Notes under the pieces: generated by a model | Seen by the model: only the letters and a program-made list of their open reading frames with translations | Database searches by the model: none | What the model was told of the DNA's origin: nothing | Part shown: positions 51,292 to 61,133 of the stretch, one piece after another | How positions within the stretch are numbered: position 1 is the stretch's first letter | How the letters are laid out: each line of letters opens with the position of its first letter | DNA from: Paraspadella gotoi | Taxonomy: Eukaryota; Animalia; Chaetognatha | Length of the DNA stretch: 64,000 nucleotides | Direction: 5' to 3' | Assembly: GCA_051294375.1 (NCBI GenBank) | Contig: CM119270.1 | Location: 3,219,436 to 3,283,435 of the forward strand | Position numbers and translations under genes: made by a program

Positions 51292-54200
51292 TCGAGAGAG
51301 CCCCTCCCCTCTTTTCTTTTTTTTTTCAGGTAATAAGAAAGAAGGAATAAAGGGAGAAAAGAGAGGAAGCGAGGAAATAGAAGAAAAAATAAACAGGGAA
51401 CTCCAATTGGATTAAGATGCATCGCGGAAAAAATGTTTTGTATTTGATAACGTAATTTAAAAATAATTATTTTTAATTATGATAATATTTTTCAAACATT
51501 AAAAATGTATAGTTTATTACAGATAAAAATAATCATATAAATATTGAAAAGACACAAAAACATTTCATTATGTTGTTTGAACCTATATGATAAAAAATAA
51601 TATTATTTTTTTAAAAAATTTCTTCTTGCAAATAAAAATAATAATACATGCTTCTTAGAAAATATATAACTAAGCTTAAAGGTTTAAAAATAAACTAAAG
51701 CATTGATTAAATTTTTTTTTCATAAAAGCGGCTCAAAATCATAACAAGTTTGAGCAAACAATGCGGATTCTGCCTACGATAATTAAAAATTAATTAGATT
51801 AATTAATTAATTAATTAATTAATAGATTAATTATAATTTATATTCCACGCTGTTCATCAATCGATGTCCTATAAAATTGAGTTCAGTGACAGTATTAAAT
51901 GTTTGTTTACATTTTATCAAACCAAACAATATTCCTCTATTCATCGAGCCAGGCGGGCAAGCCCGTCCTCCTGTCTAGATTTTTTCGGTTTAGCTTTCGG
52001 TCTCGCTTTTTTGCCAATCATGGCTCTGAAAGTGTGATATCATAGGTGAGTTGAATTTTCATAATGCTTTCTAATCATCAAGATCTTTTAAAATTCTCAT
52101 GTTTCATATCAATATTGGTATTTTGTTTATGTTTATATTTTACCAACAACAAAAAACCACGTTTCTCGTATTTATAATTATAATATGCTCATCGAAAAAA
52201 TGTTCTTCGCCTCTCTCCTCTCCCTTTCTGCTTTTTTTTTTTGTCTCCGTGTTCATGCGCCATGCATTCTACTCTTAAAAAAAAATAAAGAATAAAAAGA
52301 AAAAAAAAAAAACAGCAGTTCCGGGCTCTTGCAGTTAGCACATACGCAGCTTTCCTGTTCCAGCTTCTATGTCTCTCTCGTCTTAATCTGCTCTCTCTCT
52401 TCTCCTCTCTCTCTCGTACTCTCTTTTTTTTTACAAAAAAATTTATATACGATATACATAGTGGGCAGATTTTCACTAATGTACTGTAAAGAAAATAAGA
52501 ACGATTGACCCGCGAACGGCGCCGCTGGCGAAACCCGGGTTCTTTGGTGAGAATAGCTCACGACTACGTTGTCGGCGCCCTAAGTACTGCTTGATTCTTT
52601 ACACCGGAGTAAATGGGGCTCCTGTTAGAAGCTTCTCTCTCCTCTCTCTCTTTTAATTTATTATATATCGCTCTTTCTCTTTCTCTTTTCTCTTTGCAAG
52701 CTGACTGTCTCTCTCTCTCTCTCTTTTTTCTCTCTCTCTCTCTGTCTCTCTGTCTCTCTGTTTTCGGCGGACTATGACATACTGTCACTATCGTCTAGTC
52801 AATAAACACATACATTTCACTCAGTCTTCACTCCGTTGCCAATTACTTGCTTCGATCCCTTTGTCGCTTGTTTCCCTATACATTTACCGCAATACTTGTC
52901 AATTTTTTGCCCGTGGATCAGTGTTCGTTTTGGCTGAAAAAAAATTCTGATTATGTTTTTTTTTCACCTTCTAAAAAAAAAACTTTTTATTAGATTTGCC
53001 CATTATTATTATCCCTGCCAGGGAACCGCGGCTCTTTTTTATTTTTTCAATACCCAAAAACCCCTATATTATCATCCAGATGTCTTTCGTAGATTCGTCT
53101 CATTCTTGATTCATCTCCTCTTATTTTCATCTCTCTCTCTAATTCCTCTCTCCTCTCTCTCCTCTCTCTCTCTTCTACTCTTTTTCTTCTTACTCTCTCT
53201 TCTTCTCTTATTTCTCTCCTTTCTCCTATCTCTTCTCTCCTTCTCTCCTCATCTCTCTCTCTCTCTCTCTCTTCTCTTCACTCATACACCCGCATATTTG
53301 TTAGTCCGTTTATGACTATCATCACGCTCGCATCAGTATGACCATGTTGACAATCATCGCATCACGGATTGGTGAATGGGCACAAATCATCGCATCACTG
53401 AATGACTATCTATTACACAGCAGTTGAGTGATAGAACTATCACGCATCAATTACATTTGATTATCACTGCATCGAATCAATAAAATCAATTCCTGATCAT
53501 ACATCAAATAAATTCTACTATATACATCAATCAATTAGTACTTTACCTCAATCAATTACTAGTACATCAACCCAATTCGTTTATCGCATGATTCATCTCT
53601 GTTTTTTTCCCCGGTTTTGTTATCCATTAATTTTCTCATGATAGTCGGGCTTTCTGGCTCGGCATCCTTGAGTTCTTTTATGATTTTTTTATTTTTATGT
53701 TCTCCTTTCTCTCTCTCTCTCCTCACTCTCTCTCTTTCTCTCTCACTCTCTCTCTCTCTCTCACTCTCTCTTTCTCTCTCTCTTCTCTCCTCCTTTTTAT
53801 GCAAAAATAGCGACGATCCCTTATGCTTTTCAGATTTTTTTAACTTGCATAATTTTTTCAACTTGCATTCCTTCAAAACTTTATATCTAGCTTCTTCACT
53901 CACTTTCCTACGGGCTCACAAAAATTTCATGTCTACAATCTACATGTGACTGTTAAAATAAATAAAAAGATTCAAGTAATGTACTCATATTTGTTTCATT
54001 TAAACTCATTCCACTGGTTCGTTTCCACTGAAACTTTTATTATCAAGCTTCGTCATATCGTTGTTCCTCCCCACACACAAAATTTCAACTCAATCTATCC
54101 ATCCAATTTAATGATATAATTTGGAAGTATTTATTGGTTTTTAAAATAAGTAAAAAAAAGATTTTTAGTAAATTCGACTTATGGTTTTTCAATTTAAACT

Positions 54201-55645
54201 AATTTCCACTCACACGATTCACGAAATTTTATATCCAAGCTTTATCACACACTTTCCTACCCACACACAAAATTTAATTCCAATCCAACCAGCCAATCAC
54301 GAGTTATTGGAGGCTTTTTGCTAAGATGGGGACGGATGGACGGATTGATGACTAATTAATTAATTATTGATTAATTTATTTACTAATTTGATTTAATTAA
54401 CTGTATTAATTATTTGATTTATTAATACATCCTGCGCAGGATTTTTTTACCAAAACATTTTTTAATATAAAAAGGAAAAAGAAAGCCATAATCATTAGTT
54501 AAAAACAGGGTTTTTTTGTTTTTTTTTCCATTTAAAACTTCATTTCCACTCAAACTATTCCATTCGAAAACTTTGATCCTGACCCTGTTCAATGACACAC
54601 TCTACCCACATACAAAATTCCAGAGTCAATCACCCACTCCACTCAGATGAGCAATGATGTTTCAAATATTGATATATATTTTTCTTTTGATTTGTTTCCA
54701 TTTAAAACTCATTTCCACTCGGACGATTCCATCGAAACTTAATATCCAGCTTCAATCACACACTTACCTATCCACCACAAAAAATTTCATTTAAATCCAT
54801 CCTCCAATCCGAGTATAATGGTTTTTTCTGCTAAGGTGGACGGACGGACGGACGGACGGGACGACGGACGGACAGACGGACGACGGAACCATTCTCATTT
54901 TTTTTTGCATTAATTTATCATAATTCGATGTTGTCTGACATGATATAAGTGTTGTCCGACAATATTGGAGGGGTGGGCGGACCCGACGGCACGCGGACCG
55001 AAAAAAAAAGTGAGTTTATAAAAAGGGAGTTATAGAGTCGGGATCTGCCTATAAGCAGATCCGCACTAAAAAAGGCTCTACAGAGGATGCAAACCGAATC
55101 AGAAAAAGACGCATCAAGAAAAAAAAGCAGTTATTCGGCCATAAACACGAAGGAGGGAAAATATGCGGAGAAGATGAAATATGAGAGGATGTGCGCTCAG
55201 AGGGGTATAATCATCTCCCTCTCCCTCTTGTCGCTTTCGCTCTCTCTCTCCTCTCCTCTCTCTCTCTGTCTCCATCCCCGCTCTTCTCCCACAGACTTCC
55301 CGCTGCATTCTGTTTTCTTTATTCTCGTTCATAATAATCATGGAAAAAAATAACAGAAGGAAGACAAAAACCTGCCTCGGCTCGAGCGCAGATTTCCAAG
55401 ACACACACCTTTCTCTATCTCTCTATTCTCTCTTCTCTCTCTCTGTCTCTCTGTCTCTGTCCCGCCTCTCATTCCCTCTCCTTTTTTCCGACTCGTTGCA
55501 CATTTGTCTTTTTCTATTTCAGTTCTTGAGTTTTGATCTCATCTTCTTCGTCTCCAGTCCATAGGCTCATCTCTCCTCATATAATGACATGCTATTTCTT
55601 ACTCTCTCTCTTCCTTCTCTCTCTTTTCTTTCTTTTTATTCTTTT

Positions 55646-55719
<74 letters not shown>

Positions 55720-55951
55720 TCTCTCTTTCTGTTTTCATCCTGTTTAATTCGAGCCCACCCTACCTCACTCAGCCTGTCAAGACTGCATTTCTAGAAACCC
55801 ATTTCTCTCTCCCTCTTCTTTTCCCTGTTCCTCTCCCTCTTTCTCTCGCTCTCCCTCTCCTCTCCAGAAAACCTTCTATAAATTTCTGCCATTAGTTTTT
55901 ATTTCTAAAAGCTGCGCGATGGAATTTCCGCGAATGTTCATACAAAATGGC
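50637..55951 (+). other. Duplicate of 48611-50611 interrupted by a 3.3-kb element
   Basis: Begins after the 25-N gap 50612-50636. 50637-51743 matches 48611-49766 and 55068-55951 matches 49767-50611. Confidence 0.9.
51744..55067 (+). mobile_element. HINE/Helentron-like element, long copy (about 3.3 kb) with about 4 core tandem units and about 2 kb of extra internal sequence
   Basis: 5' ACAAGTTTGAGCAAACAATGCGGATTCTGCC; 3' TATAGAGTCGGGATCTGCC-TATAA-GCAGATCCGCACT; (GGAC)n at about 54838-54885; core repeats at about 53995-54820. The empty site GGCTCAAAATATAAAAAAAGGCTCTACAG is at 49754-49782, with no TSD. Confidence 0.8.
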
Positions 55952-57319
55952 GGTTAAGGAGGAGAGAGAGAGATGAGAGAGAGATGAGAGAGAGAGGGAG
56001 AGAGAGAGAGAGCGAAGGAGAGTAGAGAGAGAGAGAGAGAGACGAGAGAAGAGAGAGAGAGAAAGGAGAGAGAGAGAGAGAGAGAATAATGACATAATGG
56101 GCCTTTCTCCCGCTGGGTGATAAACAATATCGCCTAACAAAAGGCAAAGAAAGTTTACTTCTCCGCAAGAGGACGCTAGAGGTCGAAATCACTGACCGAA
56201 CGTTCACCTTCCGATCACGTGTCACCCTTGTGGACCCGAACTGCCGACTATTCCCAACTTTTTTAAGAACCACGGAACTAATCGTAACATGTTCTTATCT
56301 TGAAATCATATTCGAATCAACGTCAAAACCGCTGGAGTTAAGTATCCGGCCAAAGTTTGAACGGGGGAACTTTGAGTTTCGAGCAGAAAGTTTTTAATGA
56401 TCGAACCAACAGGTCCAGACTCTGGGGTTCGTTTTTTAGGATTAAATTTTTTTTTCCTTGCTATTTGAATTATATAACAGTCAACTTGTGAGATATTTTG
56501 GTCTCACGCTCGCGAAGGCAAACATTCGAAGGTTGCCCGTTCCGACTGCTTTAACATGGGCCCGAATAGAAAAGACGTTTCTTATTTTATTGTGAAACTT
56601 TATTAGTCAAAATTCTACCGGAGACTTTTAAAAACGGGTTTTCGAAGCGGGTACAACGTTTGAGCTCTGAAGAGAAACTAAAAACGTATCGCGAGCTCTC
56701 ACGAAAGTAAAAATAATCACAATGGTCACTTTAAATAGTGGTCATTTTAAAATGACCTGAACGAGTCTTTAGAGAGAAAAGGACGGACTATTCTTATCAC
56801 AACTCCTTATATTTTGATGCTCGTGCGGAGTACAGCATAGTACTTCCCGATTCTTTTTATCCAATTAAAAAAGTTTAAAAAAAAAGTATACCACTTCATT
56901 GTTAGTGAAGCTCCGCAATCCGACAATTAAAAAACTCGACTGTGACTCACAGTCGAGTCACACGGCGTGTGAGAGAGTCTTGATTGAAAGCTAGACGGGT
57001 CCTGCTATTTTATTATCTCGTAAAAGGAATGAAATCCTGAACCTCCCATAGACCGAGTCCAAAGTCAGGGGCGAGATAGCTTCCTTTTTTTTCTCGAATG
57101 AATGGATAATTTTGAATTCAAATGATTGAGCGGATTTCATACAATTGGGAAGAAACTTTCGTGAAGATTCATCAACGGACTTTTATTCATTTGAATATTA
57201 ATTCATTGACAAATAAAACATTTCGCTACGTGTCTATTCATTTATTATTCATTTATTAATATTTACTATTCATTGCCTTTCCTTTTCAGCTATCATGAGT
57301 TATTGATGATTATTAGGAG

Positions 57320-57362
57320 AGTCGTTGGATAGTCGTTGGATAGTCGTTGGATAGTCGTTGGT
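57320..57362 (+). repeat. 11-bp tandem repeat ATAGTCGTTGG, about 4 units
   Basis: Directly visible. Confidence 0.85.
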
Positions 57363-57509
57363 TCTGTGGTTCTTGATCATCGTTGCGTTTCTCTTCTGAT
57401 CTATTACAGTGTAGATTCCAGGTCCCACCGACTGTCAATTCACGCCCCCTAACGCAATGAATTCTTTACAGTTTCATTTCATCATCTCCCAATTCCCCCC
57501 CCCCCGCAG

Positions 57510-57645
57510 TTGCAACGACAGTCCCGCCACCACGCGGCATCGAAAAGTCGTCGGTTTAACTCGAATGATCGTCGTCAACTTCATCATCATCGCCGCCGTC
57601 ACGTCCATCCTTTTGTACCTCGTCATCAAAACATACAAATTTCAG
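57510..57645 (+). CDS. Candidate exon encoding a transmembrane helix: CNDSPATTRHRKVVGLTRMIVVNFIIIAAVTSILLYLVIKTYKFQ
   Basis: Poly-C tract plus CGCAG|T acceptor and TTTCAG|GTGAGA donor. 136 nt, phase 2 in and phase 0 out in the TM frame, compatible with the 46959-47202 exon. A second frame is also open. Confidence 0.55.
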
Positions 57646-57659
57646 GTGAGAAATAAAAT

Positions 57660-58020
57660 TAGTTTAAAAGTTTATCAGCAAATTCCGACTCTATCATTCA
57701 CTTTGTCGGTCCCTCGGTCCGTCCCCACAATCATGTCAGAACATCGAATGATTATAAATTATGCAAAAAAAAAAAATAAATAAATAAATTTAAAAAATAA
57801 AAAACAGTGTTCAATGAACACTGTTCATCCGTCCGTCCGTCTGTCTGTCTGTCCGTCTGTCCGTTCCCCCTTACTCCAATTACTCGTGATTTGATGGATG
57901 GATTGGAATGAAATTTTGTGTGTGGGTAGGAAAGTGTGTGGTTGAGTTTCGATGGAATCGTGCAAGTGGAAATGAGTTTAAATGGAAAAAACCTAAAAAT
58001 TTTTTACTTATAATTACTCA
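57660..58020 (-). mobile_element. Degenerate reverse-orientation fragment of the same HINE/Helentron-like family (3' part)
   Basis: TTATCAGCAAATTCCGACTCTAT is the reverse complement of the hairpin arm. (GTCC)n at about 57827-57865 and a reverse core unit GGATGGATTGGAATGAAATTTTGTGTGTGGGTAGGAAAGTGTGTG...GAAATGAGTTTAAATGG. Confidence 0.75.
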
Positions 58021-58715
58021 TAATTATTCTATTTATTCAGAATTGCATAGATGAACAGAGATAAAAAATTTGTGTGTGTTTAAGAAAGGGTAAGAAAGTG
58101 AGCTAATCCCAAACTTAATTTTTAATCGTACTGTCAGTCTGTCAATGCTGTATTAATAACTATTCGATATAGATCGAAAATTAGTTTTCTTTTGGTGCAG
58201 AGAATAAAAATACTATAATTATGCTTCTCATTTGCTCTGTTTATGATCCTTACGAGAAAACCCGGAGAATTCTACGTACATGACATTGATTATGGTCTTT
58301 TTATTTGTCGAAGCAGAATTGATTATTCGTTTTCTACTGTGGAGCGAAAAGTAGAGATGGAGATTAAAAAAATGACAGAAACAAAGAAACAAAGAAAACA
58401 ATAGTTTTTTTTTTTAGTTTTCTTCCTTTTTCTTTCTTCTTCCTCCATCGCTCACTTCCTCTGCCTTCGGGTTTTATGAAAAGAAAATCCAAGTGATTAT
58501 AAAAAATAACATCTGGTTCACAAGAATCACGCGACTCGGACGACGATGAGGTGGACACTCATTTCGATCTCACGTGACCGATCCTGACCCCTTCCGTCTA
58601 TTGGGGTCGAGTGACCCATTCATTTATCTCGTCCTTTGTATCATTGAGATTTCCGATCGCTGCATTGTTTAAATGAAGCCGCATTAAATGACTCCTCTTC
58701 CTCGTGCGCTCTTTG

Positions 58716-58764
<49 letters not shown>

Positions 58765-58767
<3 letters not shown>

Positions 58768-58864
58768 ACCTAATGGCTCATTCTGTACCAAACTGTTGAA
58801 TTTAATGTTGCCTTAAGGAATGTCGATACATTCCAGCGTGCAATAGAACATATTCAAATAAAAT

Positions 58865-58916
<52 letters not shown>

Positions 58917-59026
58917 TCTCTCTCTCTCTCACAGACCGAATAGCTCATTCTGTACCAAACTGTTGAATTTAATGTCGTCTTAAGGAATGTCAATACATTC
59001 CAGGTGCAATAGAACATATTCAAATT

Positions 59027-59030
<4 letters not shown>
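58765..59030 (+). repeat. Direct duplication of about 100 bp unique sequence, each copy flanked by (CT)n
   Basis: GCTCATTCTGTACCAAACTGTTGAATTTAATGT...GCAATAGAACATATTCAAAT at about 58775 and about 58943. Confidence 0.85.
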
Positions 59031-59107
<77 letters not shown>

Positions 59108-59689
59108 AAGATAATTGTATGAAATTTTGCAAATTACTTGTTTAACTATTTTCTATTTTTATATTTTATAAAGGATTTACTATTTAATCTGTTATGGAGA
59201 ACGTATATATATATTGCTTTCTTAAATTTTTTTTACTTATCATTATATCTAATAACTCATTTTGGGAAGGGGAAGTCAGTGTTGTCTTCTGGAAATAGAG
59301 GGAGCATCTATACCAAATAGAATAAAGAGGGTAAGGAAGAAATGTCGCATTGACTTTAGAACCAGAGTTTGAAGCGCGAGCTAAGATGTAACCATTTATG
59401 TATGTATATTAAATTTATTACACTTTGTCTCACATCGTAATGCAAAACTATATACAGGATAGTTTTAAATATATTTAATAAGGATCGATCTCAAACACAA
59501 GCATTGCACAATGTACATGGCGTCTTTGTACGTATTAAAAGTAAATTATAAGAAATGGATCTTGTGGAATAATTACTACTCTCATGGGCTGTAGTAAATG
59601 ATTAGATAAAGTGAATCATTATGGTTTATATGTATGTATTGTAGTCGGGCTTAGCATAAGTTCACCCCGGTACCTACCCTGCGGGAAGC

Positions 59690-59807
59690 CTGAGGACGAC
59701 CGTAAACCGCCTTGGGGGCGTGGAAAACCCTCAAGCCTGGTTCCAAGCCCAGGACCCGTTCCATGGCTGCTAGAGGGGTTAAAGAGGTTACGGATAGTCA
59801 TCTTCAG
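59690..59807 (+). ncRNA. Twister-ribozyme-like RNA (type-P1 topology with both P3 and P5), catalytic positions deviant
   Basis: Hand fold: P1 CTGAGGACGAC/GTCATCTTCAG; TAA at 59703; P2 AACC/GGTT; GC at 59709 (T2) with loop GC at 59747; P3 TTGGGGG/CCCTCAA; P4 CCTGG/CCAGG around TTCCAAGC; P5 ACCC/GGGT; T1 TCC (59742-44) with GGA (59792-94). Confidence 0.55.
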
Positions 59808-60454
59808 CCCACTTAGCGCCTAATCCACAGTATTTAGAATTAATGGATAGGAACGTTTAACCTTGTTTTCAGCGATTAATATATATCTAGCAAATGTAAA
59901 TGGCAAAATAGTTACAGCGAAATCTTTCATGTAAAAACTCGAGTACGGCAAGGAAGAATCTTCAATCCGTATTTTTGGGCATTATACGGAGATGAACTTA
60001 TTTTAATTTTGAAAAAAAAAACTGGTATTGGTTGTCATTTTATTGATATTTTTGTAGGGCGCCTTTTTTTATACATAATGCAGAAAACGACATTAGTATT
60101 TAGTAAGGAAAAATGTTTTTGTTTCGCTATTAACTTCAAAAAAACTAAGTTCATGATTTTTGAAAAAAAAAGTACGATATTAATTCTGACGATTTGTATT
60201 TCAATTCATGTCCGAAAGAGTAACTGCATGGAAGTAATGCTAATGGGATTTAATTTAAAATCGAGAATTTGTTTTGAATTCCATCACACGTCTATCGTTT
60301 GACAGATTCTTAAATGTTATTTTCAAACCTAATGAATCTGTCTTCCTTCAATTATTTTACAATAATTGCGTATCTGCGTTAAGTAGCCAATTAATAATGG
60401 AATTATAAAAAAAATATTGAGGGAATATTCAGATATCCAGTGTGGCTACTTTTG

Positions 60455-60650
60455 ACCCCGCCACCTTTGTCATTGTTCACTGATCGGTTAACCGGTTTGT
60501 TCCCCTTTAACTTTCAAGACTGACTTCTCTTGATCCCGTGACCTTTGTCATTGTTCACAGGTCGGTTAACCGGTTTGTTCTCATTGACATCTTCAAGACT
60601 GGCTTCTCTTGACTCGGTCACCTTTGTCATTGTTCACTGGTCGGTGCACC
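60455..60650 (+). repeat. 78-79-bp tandem repeat, about 2.5 units, upstream of the RRM gene
   Basis: ACCTTTGTCATTGTTCAC recurs at 60463, 60541 and 60620. Confidence 0.85.
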
Positions 60651-60827
60651 TGTTTCCACTCCGGCTTCTTCATATTGTTTTCTTACCCCGTCGTCGGCCA
60701 TTCTTTTGTTTTCTTCTCTCTCTCTCCTTTCCTCCTTTCTGACCCCAGATTCCGGTTTCATTGTAACTTCGGTCTTTTGTTTTCTTCTCTCTCTCTCTCT
60801 CTTCTTTCCCCGAAGCCACCATGACAC

Positions 60828-60834
60828 TATAAAA
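60828..60834 (+). promoter_or_regulatory. Candidate TATA box (TATAAAAG) for the RRM gene
   Basis: Consensus TATAWAAR followed by GC-rich bases, about 300 bp upstream of the ATG at 61134. Confidence 0.45.
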
Positions 60835-61133
60835 GGCGAACGTTGACAGAACGATATCATACGAAAAATTTCGATCCATGATACGATCTCTGCCCGATTT
60901 CTTCACGATAAAATTTCACTTTCGCTCCGTCAAAAACAAAAAAAAACAAACTAATCTCCATCTTTACCAAACCTTCTCTCAAACATCACAACCTTTTAAA
61001 CTGACTCCCCAAACTTCGCCACTTTTTTTATAAAAAATATTCGAAACATTTTCATTTATTCTCCCAAACTCCAAAAAACATTTTCGTACAAATCTCTTCA
61101 CAAGTTTCCTTCTCAACTATTGAAACCAAGAAA

